The position numbers were made by a program, and so were the translations under genes. A stretch of 64,000 bases of DNA from Nageia nagi (Eukaryota; Plantae; Pinophyta): assembly GCA_050084985.1 (NCBI GenBank), contig JBITNC010000001.1, forward strand, positions 64,914,001 through 64,978,000, read 5' to 3'. Shown one piece after another: positions 13,811 through 26,317 of this stretch. How positions within the stretch are numbered: the first letter of the stretch is position 1; each line of letters opens with the position of its first letter. The notes under the pieces are model-generated. The model saw nothing but the letters and a program-made list of their open reading frames with translations, was not told the DNA's origin and did not search any database.

Positions 13811-15919
13811 CAAAATCCTCTCCTTCTTTGTTGCTTAGCAACTCCTCCTCCTCCTACCTCTAGGAATTATTTTTTCCACTTGCACCACAACATTTGTTTT
13901 CCCTCCTCCTCTCTTGTAGATGTTTGGGTTGGTCATTTTTTTTTCAAGAGGAAACTTGAGGTTATTTAAATCATGTTTGATCTTGGGTTGGATTGTGGTT
14001 TGGATTTGAACATATTTAATTTTTTAATACCTCATTTCACTTGCTTTGTTAGCCTTCTATATGTTACCTATTATTTAATCTTTTTTTGGTCTGCATTTTC
14101 TCCACATGATTAATGCACTTGGTGAAATAGTGCCATTTTATAATAATTATTTCTAGAGAGTGGATGGATGGTGGATGAGTGATAAATGCTTTCTATTAGT
14201 TTAGTGAGGAGTATACCTTCTTTATTATATTATTTCACTCCTAATTTTTTATTATTATTCCTTACAAAATCAATGATATATTAGCAATGAAATTTATTCC
14301 TACCCAATAATGTTTATAATTTTTGAGGAGTTATTTGAAAAAAAAAACTTAAGAGGAAAAAGAGCAATATTTATGTATGGATAAATATTTCTTGGGTGTT
14401 ATTATTTAAAAAAATTGAAAATGGACTATTTAATATTTTTTTGGTGTGTTATTATTTTAAATATGTTTTTGAAAGAAGAATATTTATGGATAAATATTTT
14501 TTGGGTGTTAGGAAAATTGTTCCTACATTATTTTTTAAATTTTTAAATTGAAGGGGAGCACAAATCTTTTTTTTTTTGATATTTATGGATGTTATTTGTG
14601 GGTGTTATTATTTTAAAAATAATAAAAATTGTTCCCACATTATGTTTCACTAAATGGGCAATTAGTTTTTAAAAATAAAGGGGGAGATATTTATGGAGAG
14701 GCAAAGCAATAATTAATTTTTTTTTAGCAATATTAAGTAAACTTTATTGCACATATTTATTAATTTTTCAACAAAGAGAGATAAAGCAATAATTCTTTTT
14801 AGTGAGCAATATGAAGTAAAATTGATTGCATATATTGATAGAAATTTATTGCGGGTTCCACTTATTGTGGTCCATCGCTTTGTGCAGATTTCACTTGTTG
14901 TTGTTCATTGCCTATGTTAGTCATAAGACTTGAGGTCTAGCTCCTTAACAAAGTTAGACTTTAAGCTAAAAGTAAAAACATATTTATATACGTCCCTTAC
15001 CTTATGTCTAGTGTATGTGGGATTTTTTTTTCCATATGACTATTCATTCAAATAGTAAAAACCAAAACACTTTTTATGAGGACCTCTTCTTTTTGAAGTG
15101 CAAGATTGATACCTTCTTTTTAAACACGTATTACTTAAAAAAAAAATACATCTTTTTTGTTGTTTCCAAATATCTATGGTTATAGATAAAATAAATATTA
15201 TGAGAGTTATTGTATTTAAAGGATGTTACTAATTTTTTATAGCAATTATATGGGTATTAAGTATTATTTTACCCTAATCCTTTAAATAAATTATGTTGAT
15301 AACACCAAAGTTAATTACTCTAAGCCTTAATTTATGCATCTCAGTATCATACTTTGGGTATGTGATGTTGGGTTTTATTTATTTTATACTTGGTAAAAGT
15401 ATAATTATGTTTTTCAAAAATAAAATTTAATATTTGCCACCTTGATCCTTCCATCGTAGGAAGTTTATATCCTTGTTTAAGGTTAATTCCATATTGTTGA
15501 TAAGTTCATTATTTTGTTACTATGACCACATGCATGTTGATAGATATTCTTTATCTAGGAAACAATATTACCTTTCATGCAATAGTATTGTTGATAATAG
15601 ATATTTGTTAACATGTTTATCAATAGATGGCCATTTCACTTTTAGTGACTTGATGGACTTATGGTTACTATTATGTAGTATAAGGCTTGACTAGTGGCAT
15701 AGTTAAGTTCACATTTTGTGGCTTGTGGCATACAATTTATAATTCTTGACTTAATGACGTTATTAGTTTATAACTTGGTTAATGATAACATAATATAACA
15801 TGTCATGATAGTCTTCTCTTTTTTAGAAGAATATCTAGACTTCATAACCTTATCTATATGGCACATGTTCATTGAATGATGAGATATTTTTTGCACTATT
15901 ATTATATTTGTAATTAATC

Positions 15920-16125
15920 TATGTAGACTTATTTGGTGACGTAAGTACCACTTGCATTAATGATGCTTAGACATATTTTGCATCATTGATTTCTTTTTTG
16001 TATAAATATATAGTGACCTTATTACCTACATTAATGATACTTAGACATGTTTCATATCATCAATTTATTTTATGTATAAATATATGGTGATCTTACCTCT
16101 TGCATTAATAATGCTTAGACATGTG
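15920..16125. repeat. ~75-bp tandem repeat (about 3 units)
   Basis: cattaatgatgcttagacat variants recur near 15955, 16030 and 16104. Confidence 0.75.
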
Positions 16126-17449
16126 TGGTGTGATTACGCATCCTATTCTTAGAAACATGTTGATATAGCTTATGATGAAGATTTTATTTTTGTAACAAAT
16201 CTATGGTGGCCTTGCCACCAACCTTAATTGAGTTTACTATTCCACACATACTTTCTTCTTTCAAATGACTATAAATAGAGATTGTCATTCAAATATAAAG
16301 GTATGAATTAACCATAGTAGGTAGAGATCCAACATGTATTAATTATGAAGAATATCTAGCATGTATTGGTTATGAAGAGGATTATGTTCTCGCTAATCCT
16401 CCACTCAATGTTCCACCCAATGTTCTGCTAAATGTTCCACCTAATTCTTTGCCTAATCCTTTGATCCATGCTCCTCCTAATCCTCTAATCCATGGTCAAC
16501 TTAATACTCCATGCTACCTTTAGACTAATGCTTTGGTTCATGTTACTCTAACTAACACTGGGTAAGGATCCTCATATGGAGTTATGGCCAATCCCTCTTC
16601 ATTGAAGCATGAAATTTAGTATTTACACTAGCAATTATATGCTACCAACCACCAATGTGATATGTTTAAATAAAAAAGAGTAGTGTGTAAACAAACCTTT
16701 GACTTTCTCATGGAAGAGTGAAATAATCTACAAATTGAGAATAACATGTTCATTGAGAATTATTCTATAATTTGTGAGGAGTTAAAATCTCTCAAGATAA
16801 ATGCTTTGCCTTCTAAAAATCCTAAAGTCATTCACATTATACTATGTTAAGTATTATCTACTAGTTACTATCAGTTACGAGCAAAAGAATGTTTTAAGCA
16901 ACATATCATTGCTTTCTACTATATAAATAAAAGTATTTATAACAAAATCATGCTTACTTAGTGTTGTCTATATAAACACCAAATCCTTTTTATGATTTAG
17001 TGTGAAAGGAAGTATATTACGATTATAATAGCATTTATAATAAATATTTATAATGCTTAGTTATAAATGCTTCATACTACTATGATAAGCATTCAAAACC
17101 TTCATCTTGTTCATGAAGGTAACCTTGCAGGAAAGATATATCTACATATATAAGTTCCAGTTCATCTTTATTAACATTTAAATAAATGATTTAAATTGAT
17201 TTATAGTAATATTATGGATTAATAAATCAATTATTAAGTCTTCTACATTCTTTACAAAAACTTAAATAATGGTGCAAATTGGCAATATATAAAAACCTTG
17301 TGTAAATACAACTTGATGAATTGTTTTTTCATTTTACAAAGTTATGTTTCTTCTCTGTTAAGAAGTTTTATCCATGTTTATGGATGTTTGAAAAGATAAT
17401 ATAAAAAAAATTATTCCTATTTATGTTCTTTGCTAAAGAGTTCTTGTAA

Positions 17450-17740
17450 ATAGAGTTGTTAAAAAGATACAACCTTCTCCATAATTTCCAAGTCATGGAG
17501 TAGTTAAAAAGGTTTAACCTTCTCCATAATTGTTAACTATTAGAGTAGTTAAAAAAGGTTTGACCTTCTTCATGAATTTTGAATATTAGAGTGGTTAAAA
17601 AGGTTTGACCTTATCTATGATTGTTAAATGTTGAAATGGTTCAAAAGGTTTTACCTTCTCTGAAATTGGTAAATGTTGGAGTGGTTCAAAAGGTCGACCT
17701 TCTCTAAAATTGGTAAATGTTGGAGTGCTTCAAACGGTTC
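17450..17740. repeat. ~44-45-bp tandem repeat (about 7 units)
   Basis: gagt(a/g)gtt(a/c)aaaaggttt(a/g)accttctc units near 17497, 17543, 17588, 17632, 17677 and 17721. Confidence 0.85.
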
Positions 17741-19098
17741 TTCCTTATACACATTGAAATATTTTCCTTTGATGGAAAATTAAATCCATATTAAAAGGAT
17801 TAATGCTACCTTATTCCATTATATACATTTTAACTAGTAGCATAGTTAAGATAATATTTTTTATGATTAATGACTTGGGCATCTTGACTAGGAGGGATAG
17901 TCAAGTTGGCATTTTCATTATCCAAGTTATATTATTATTGTTGGAGACCTTAACCCTCAAATTCAACATGTTTATAAATGGATAAAAATATATGCATCTT
18001 AAGATGGCATTTGGTTCTTGCAAACTATATATCTTGATTACTGGAATGGTTCAAATAACACTTATTGTTATACCTCATGACTAGTGGATTGATCAAGTTG
18101 GTAGTTATGTTATGAACTTATTTTCCTATTACCTTAATGATCATAATTTTTTTCCTTAATTTGTTGATGATAAGCACAACATATGTACTACTTTCCTTCA
18201 TATATTTTATGCAAAATATTGGCTTCTTACGTACAAGTGTGAGGTAACCACCTATTTTAATGGTACCATTTTAATGGAGAGAAGAGTGATGAATGTATGA
18301 AGAACTAACTTTGGAATGTAATTGATATTTCCCATCAACATTTATTGGTACTAATCCCTATGTTTCCAAATATGGTTACTCTTAACACTTATGCTATTAT
18401 TTCATTACATTAAGGTAAGCATGTTCTATAATCTGTTGTTGGCTTCCTCATTCTAATGAAGTTTATCTCAAGGGGGATTATTATTACTATATATTATGTC
18501 AAATTCATATGAAAGCATATATGAACCTATTAAATTACTTAGGATGGTAAAATTGACCTCAAGGCCTATATTATATATAAACTTATATAATTGATTAAAA
18601 TGGTAAATTTGACCTTAAAAGGGAGTAGAGTATGAATGAATACTTCATCTTTAAATATTTAAAATACCTTTTATATTATTGGCAATATGGATCATTTTCA
18701 TTTAACTATATACTTGTTTGGCATTTTTCATTCATCTTTAAATCTTTAAAATAACTTTATATTTATTGATGATATCGATAATTTTTAGTATTTCTCTTGA
18801 CTTATAGTGCATATAATTGATCTTGTTATGAGCTTCTTGTAGCTTGTAGGTTTCTTCTAAAGATTGCAGGTCACTTATGTTAGGTATGCAAGCTTATGGA
18901 GGCTCATAATTCAACATGTTTTTGAATGAATACTACTTGTATATTAAACCTTATGGTTGATAAATTTGTATTATAAACCATTTGTTTAATGGTGAAGTAG
19001 TTGAGCCTTGTATAACCATCTCAATTATATGTTCTCAAGTTCTCATCTCCAATTGTATTTTCTTTGAAGGAGCTTCCCAATATTACATTAAGGGGGAG

Positions 19099-19590
19099 TT
19101 TTAGAATATATAATGCATTATTGTATAAGTTAGTCTTTATATGGTATCTAAGTATTAATAATCCTTTTATGTAATTTTTTATTTTATCACTAAATACCTA
19201 AAAGTGATAAAGTAGTAGAAGTCTTTAACTTCATCCTAGCATGACACTTGTCCATGCTAACCACATGTAAACCTGAGTTAAAAGGTGAGTTAAAGTGAGG
19301 TTATCACCTATAAATAAGGGGCATGGGCTTGTTGTAAAACACATTTTGGAGAAGCATGAAAATGCTAGTCTTATAGAGTTGTAGAAATTCTCTTATCTAA
19401 ATTGTATAGGAGAATTCTTATAGAAGAATTCTTGAGAATTTGTAAAGAGAGTTAGAGTTCATGAGAAAATAAAAATTAGAGATGGTTCAAGTGGATGTAC
19501 TCCTTTGGGAGGAACCACTATATATGATTGTGTTATCTTGTGTGAATGATCTATGTGTTATTAAGATTAGTGGAAGATTTCATCCAAGGT
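19099..19590 (+). repeat. 3' LTR (3'-truncated) of the nested element
   Basis: Matches 12043 to about 12521 and stops at catccaaggt; preceded by the PPT. Confidence 0.88.
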
Positions 19591-19964
19591 GAGGGTTAGC
19601 ATGATCATAGAAAGAATAAAAAAGGTCATAGGTGGCAAGATCAATCATATAAAGAATAAAAAATTCAACAACATCTTAATACACCATATGAAAATCATTA
19701 AAATCAAGAGGGTGAGCAAAAGGTAAAATGGAGAAGATTCCAACCATGTTGACTTGTTCAAATAGAGAAGAGGGAGAGGAACACTAAGACATCAATTAAG
19801 AGAGTTATTAAAACCTAGAAAATCATCATAATAAAAGGATGGTTCCTCATAGTCTCCCTCATATTGAATATTATTTATCTAGGTTGTGGCTATTATAATT
19901 TGAGGATATTTATATCTAAGGTCTCATTTATCATTGTCACCCTGAGTAGGTAGTTGCATGATAT

Positions 19965-20025
19965 GTATCATTCCTTGGTCATACCTGCCTAAGCCATAGC
20001 CTTGTCATTTATACTTGGCAAAGTA
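19965..20025 (-). pseudogene. G-patch-like motif between protease and RT
   Basis: Minus-strand translation FAKYK*QGYGLGRYDQGM resembles the G-patch GxGLGxxxQG motif. Confidence 0.55.
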
Positions 20026-20799
20026 GTGGAGAATGAGTTAAGGTCTCAAAAGGTAATCTATCTTACCTAAAAAAGATTACTTTTAGAACACTTTAAAAGT
20101 TTGATAGATGGGAAAATCAGGGCCTACATACACAAAACAAATTTGGTTATGGGATGGACTAAGAGGTACTAAATTACCAATGACCAAGAGAGACTCATGA
20201 GGATTCCTTGCATCATGCAAATACATTACATTAAACAAAATATAATCAATAGAATATTCCTTGATGCTCACATTTTTAAATTTTACATCCACTCCTGAGA
20301 TATGCTCATGATTCATGGATTCCTCTTTCCTTTGTTTTTTAGTGATAATTCTATCTCATATTTCTCTTTATTACCCTCCTCTTTTTTATATATTGAACTT
20401 GGTTCACTCATAAAGGACTTAGAATATATTTTTTATAGCTTGTTTTATTAAGCATTTTATCTAAGTGATCCTATCATGTCTTATAAGAGATTTATTATTA
20501 AAGTATAGGGGAAGGAACAACATGCTTATCTTCTTTAGGATCCTCATAGATGATTATTTCATAATTGAGTTATTACACATATATGGAGATTTTTCATTTT
20601 TAGTTAAAAATTATTTCATAATTGATTTATTTTTTATTTCTTGAACCTAATGAGATAATTTTGATATTTTAGGTTCATATTTAATAGTGGCACCAAGAGA
20701 TATTGAATCTTGGTTTATACGGATGATTTTAGGATAAATGTGACTGGAGGGAAAGATATGTCCATGAAGTAACTCAGTTAGATTACAATGGCTAAGGTT

Positions 20800-21400
20800 C
20801 TTCATCCATCCATATACAATGCACCACTCTATGCTCTAGAAACTTAACATATCCATGCAATGTGTAAGGGATGTATTCTATTTCTTGATTCCATGTTCGA
20901 CCAAGCAAGAAGTTTTATGTTTTCTCTCCCTCCATAACTTGGAAGCATGAATTATTTGACTTGGAACCTACCACTATAGGTAACATAATGCTATCCAAGG
21001 TATTGTGCAATTGGTTATTGAAGGCTCATAAGATGAGTGTGAGTGCCTTTATATGGGACAAAGGGAGATTAAGATTGATCAATGCCACTAAAGATACTAC
21101 ATTGATGGATGATCCACCATCTACCAAGATCCTCTTAAAATATTTTTCATGCACATGGGAAATGATGTGTAATGGAGGATCCTTATACTTTAGATTGAAC
21201 ACATTTGGGATTTCATATTGGTAGAATGGTATGAATGGATCAACATTAGCTTGCACATCCCTAATGAAGTTGATAAAAGCATTTAGATTTGAGACATCCA
21301 AATCAATGGTATTTAAGATTTGATCTAAGGCCTTTCTATGCTAATGTGAATTTTGATTAATTCCCATGAGGAGAACTTAATAGGAGTTAGCCTCAACTAT
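20800..21400 (-). pseudogene. pol: Retroviral-type aspartic protease remnant
   Basis: PPLHIISHVHEKYFKRILVDGGSSINV contains the catalytic D-G-G-S-S motif typical of Tat/Ogre. Confidence 0.88.
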
Positions 21401-21759
21401 TATTCTAGATTTCTTTTCATTTTTTCTTGAATAACCCACTATACTAGAGGTACAAAAGGATGAATATGATTTAAAATATTAGGATCCTTCATCCTTCCAT
21501 CTTGAGTTTGGCCCTACTTGTTTACTTTTCCCTTATCCTTATACTAATGTTCCCTTGTTAGCACATTCACCATTCTCACAAATAAAAATTGCTTTTTCTT
21601 TTGCACCTATTATTGATGTGAACCATAATCATAAGGCATATTTTTCTATGGTAGAGACTAATTGTAGTGCCTTGTAGTCCCTACTTGATTTATATTTTTT
21701 TGGGATAATGAGTTTTGGTAGACTTGTAAATTTGCATTAGGAGTTGAAGATGTGCCATC

Positions 21760-24200
21760 AAGGATCAATTTACCAGTGTCAATGAGGCTTTATACAACCC
21801 TTCTCAAATATACACACTAATTAGTACTATGACTATAACCACTATGGAATTCACAAAACTCATCATCTTTGTACCATGGTTTTGAGGCCCATGATGGATC
21901 CCATTTAAATTATAGTAACCTTAACAATTTAGCATCATTGATTTTTATGAATATTTTGGATAAGGTTTCTCCCAATGGTGTATCCTTTCTTTACAACCTT
22001 GAAGACTACCCCTAGTCCTAATTCTAATATTGATTCTAAGTTTGATGTTGATTTTGATGTTAATTTTAATTATATGGCTAATTGAATAAACTCAACTAAT
22101 TTTGTTGTCTAGTTTGGAATTGAGGCTATGGTGGTTCTTGGAGAATTATTTGATTTATTTAAGGCTTACCTTCATTGTTAGCATCATTTTTATTGGATCC
22201 ATATCCCTCATTATTATTTTCTTTTTTGACCACTTTAATCTCTCCATTTTGAACCATCACTTCTTCTATGATCTTGGCTTGTGAAATATCATCCTCAAAA
22301 ATCTTGAGTTGTTGAATTTGAAGAAGTGTAAACATTTATTTGTTGCAAATATTACTAAGTAATTATACCAATTCTTCCTTAGGTAATAAAAATATTATAT
22401 TTTTAATTAAATATCTCCATATAGCAACATAATTAGATAGATATTCCTAATCAAATTGACCTAAATTTGTAAGATATGTGATTGATGATCTCTTCTTGAT
22501 ATTGATGGAAAAGTGTACAAGAAAGAGATTAGCAAGTTTCTCAAAGGTATACAAATTATATTGAGGTAATTAATTATACCAATTCATTGCTTGACCCCCA
22601 AGTGTCATTGAAAAGGTTCTCAATAACAATCCATTATCATTGTTTATTTGGTAACATGCATACTTAAAGTGTTTCAAGTGTTCCTCAGGATCCTCTTTGA
22701 TTTTGAACTTGTCAATCTTGGGCATTTCAAATTTTCTTGGATATTACCTCATTGGAACCCAAGGATCATTGCAAATCTTCCCATAACTAATTTTATAAAA
22801 CCCTTGGTTATTGGATCTTTCCTTTAGCTCTTGTAATCTTTTCATGATTTTATCTTCATTGCTCATATTGGGTTTATTTAGCCCTTCATAAGGTGGATTT
22901 GGTCCATCATGGGGTGGATTTGGTCCATGATAGGAATGATTTTGACCACCACTTAGTCCTAAATTTGGTCCTTCATAGGATTGAAATTGATATATTGATT
23001 ATGGGTCATTGAATAAGCTTACTTTCATTTCAAATGAGTATGCATTAAGATTATAAAATTTACCTTGCTATCCCAAAGACTGCTTTTATGTATTTTGACC
23101 AAGATTTTGTTGCATATTTTGATCATAACTTTGTTATGGAACTTGAGATTGATAGTGCATATTCTATCTATAACTTTGGTATGCATTTTAGGCTAGATTT
23201 TGTATATGTGTCCCATAGGATTATTGTAAACCTTATAGAGGATCATGAGGATGACTTTGTTGTTGCATATTGACCTTTTAACATTGAATCATAAGATGTT
23301 GCATTTACTCCATGAGTTTTTACATTTCTTCCATAGGATACAGAGCAAAAGAACCTTAAGGATTACCTAGGGTTGGGTTTTGGTTAGCTTGTGATACGCT
23401 TTGGTTTGGTATGTAATTTTGTGAAGCACTTTATAAATGAGAGGTGTTATGGGAAGAAACATTTTGGAAGTTGGTCATAATTTTGGTAATACAATTTTGA
23501 GTGTTTGGTTTGGAATGCACAAAATTTTAGCCAAGGTCTTCCCAATCACCAAAATTGACTTGGTTGAAAGTATCAAGACTAGGATTGGGTACTTTAGCAT
23601 TTAGATCTATCTTCCATGTTACTTGGTTGGGTGGACCTTATGGATTGAAAGTGGTATTATTTGGAAAACAAGGTGGGTTTTGGATGGCAATATTTGGAGA
23701 GAAATTTGGTTAGTTTGAACTTATCACCATTTTAAAAGGTGGAGGTGATCATTATTGTACAAAATTTTGGAAATTAAGCATTGAATTTTAAAATATTTAT
23801 TATACAACTCTTGGGGATTGTTGGGAAATATTTTGGTTATCATGGGATAACCTCTTATGAAATTGTTGTTGTTTCTTTTGTATATTTTGTTAGAAATTTT
23901 GTACATCAATATCTACATTTATATTTTACACAATAAATGGTTCTTTAGGCTGATATGGTACTTTAAAGACTAGTTTTTAGAAAGTAGGTAAGCTACATTC
24001 TTATGGAGGGAACCAACCTTGGCCAATATTTTTTGCTATAGGTGGATTTGGTGGTTTTAGTTGATCAAAAGTGGTAGATGGTTCAAGGTTGCTATTCCTC
24101 AATTTATCCAAATTCTCTTGGTACAAATTAGGTGTATATGTATTTTATTTATTAAATTTTGGTTGGCAAGAGACTTACTAGTAGCCCTTAGAGGCTCATG
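21760..24200 (-). pseudogene. gag: Gag remnant of the Ogre element with N/Q/P-rich N-terminus
   Basis: FEMPKIDKFKIKEDPEEHLKHFKYAC..LLRTFSMTLGGQAMNWYN (about 22570-22740); zinc-knuckle-like FCEFHSGYSHSTN*C (about 21810-21860). Confidence 0.82.
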
Positions 24201-26295
24201 TGCATCCATCATTGCATAATTATAGTGATTAGACCAAACCAAAATATTCCTTGGTATATTTTGGCCTTATGGAGAAGAATGAGTTGTAGGGCTAAAGATA
24301 TTATGCCCTTGTTCTATCACTTTCACTTTTTTTGGTTCAATTGGAGTGAGCATATGAAAGGTTTGAAGAGCATGGTTGAATCCGATGGATTCATTATCAA
24401 AACTAGGCACATTCTCTTATTTTATCACATTAGGATCATTCTTTTTTTGAGACCTTATCTCAGCCATCCCAATGGTGCAATTTTCATCCCACTAAATTGG
24501 ATCCATGGAGGAATCAAAATCCATTTACAGGGCTACAAATATAAACTTTAAAATACGATAATAAAAATTGAACTAAAACTTACTCAAAATGTAAGTAAAT
24601 GAACAACACCAAGCTTATGATATATTTAGATTAAATCTTGCTTTAGTGTGAATACAAATTTAACCAATCAACTTAGCATGAAATGCAAGTCTAAATGAAG
24701 ATAACAATTGTGATAGATAGCAATTTTAATTTACTTCTCTAGTTTCTTATTTGTTTAATTAGAATCTTATCATTTTTATTTTAGTTGATTTTAATGCAAG
24801 TGTTAATTCTAATTCACTTTTTTTAAGTTTCCCTAAGAGATGATTCTAGTCACGTGTTTATTAGGGTAAAGGCTTAATCTCTAGGGGGTGGAACATTTAA
24901 CATGGTATTGGAAGTACCCTATATAGGTAGTTATCATCAATAAAGGGGGAATACCACTTCGATTTTCAATTCTAAATAAGGTTTAGTCCATGGGAATCAT
25001 GTCCACATACCCTAGATAGTCCCTAATATTATGAAGGACTTTAATGCAAATAAGAAAATATGAAGTGCAACACTATAATGAGATGCAATTCTACTCCCTT
25101 AACGATGCTTGAAAATCCCATCAAATGTATGATGTTTTGAAACTTTTTTGCTTTTTGTAAATCAAAATAAAGTAAAATGATGATTTTGAATTTAAGGAGA
25201 AAAGAACACACAAGTCCCAACAATAATACAAAACCTTCTCAAGAGTTGATTTTTATATCCAAAATAATTTCCTTGTGTATGCACCAATACCCCCCAAGAT
25301 GAATGCAGGGTTTTCACTAAGAATCAGTGTGAAATGAAAGGAAATCCTAGGATGCAAGGAGCAAAGAAATAGTATAGAGAAGATACTTAAAGTAATTAAA
25401 ATTATTATCAAGATACCAATATTCCCTCCCTCTCTAATTCTTTAAGGTGTAATTCTTAGTAGGTTACAAACATCTCACAAAATGAAAGAGCTTTTGAAAA
25501 TGTACCAATCATTAAGGTAAATCAAAAGAAAACAAATAAAAATGGGTCCACACTTTCAATATGAGTGTGATCACAATCCCTAGGTATTTACAAATGCTCT
25601 ACTTGGTTTTGCAAGCCAAAAAACCATTCCTAATACAAAAGTTTGTAAAAAAGTTTAAAAGATTTAGTTCACTATTACATGGTACAGTTAGTTGCACATG
25701 GTCTAACTTTTTCTAAGAAAATACATTCTCTATTTTGATGTACAGTGAATCTGGGACTCTTTGAGTATGAAAGTTTTCCTATTTGAGAGATGTAGTGCAC
25801 TTGGGGGTAAGGCAAAATGCATCTGGTATGAGTTGTAGTATGTTTGGGGCCTCCTAGAGGTTAAATTTAGGCTTCTTTTGGGGTGCAATATGCCTAGGAA
25901 AAGGTGTTGGGATGTAGTATGCGTGAAGTATTAGGTATAGGATGTAGTATGCCTTATTTGGGGTATAGTGTGCCTATTCTATTGCCTATTTTGATCTTTG
26001 AAACTCAATTTACAATACTTTTTCTATTTTGGAATGTAGTGCACCTAGTACAAGGCATAGTGGGGATTACATTTGGATAAAAATGGATGAGTTGAGCCTT
26101 CAAATTCTTAGATCTGATATGCCTCTTCCATGATGGTTTCCTATTCAAATCTCATTCAATTTTGATTGTTAAATCTTGAAAATTTACATATTCACTCACT
26201 TTTTAGGGGTAAACTTTAAAAATTTAAGAAATACAAATTTGAGATGAAAACTTAAAAAAGTTGAGAAAACATCAAATATAATCAACAGTTGGTGT

Positions 26296-26313
26296 TCATG
26301 TCAGGTACACTAT
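26296..26313 (-). promoter_or_regulatory. Degenerate PBS, probably tRNA-Trp
   Basis: Plus strand ttcatgtcaggtacacta versus the recalled plant tRNA-Trp 3' end ttcacgtcgggttcacca (14/18), 4 nt from the LTR. Confidence 0.55.
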
Positions 26314-26317
26314 TTAA

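Larger units (their letters stand above)
12043..19590 (+). mobile_element. Non-autonomous Copia-related LTR element (LARD-like) nested in the Ogre pol
   Basis: LTR 12043-12560 (tgttagaa..ttca) is followed by the tRNA-iMet PBS tggtatcagagc; PPT agggggag at 19091-19098 precedes a second LTR copy 19099-19590 lacking its last ~40 bp; no recognisable RT or INT inside. Confidence 0.85.

Noticed and set aside
24198-24551. 117-aa plus-strand ORF
   Set aside because: Antisense to the gag leader, with no motif support.
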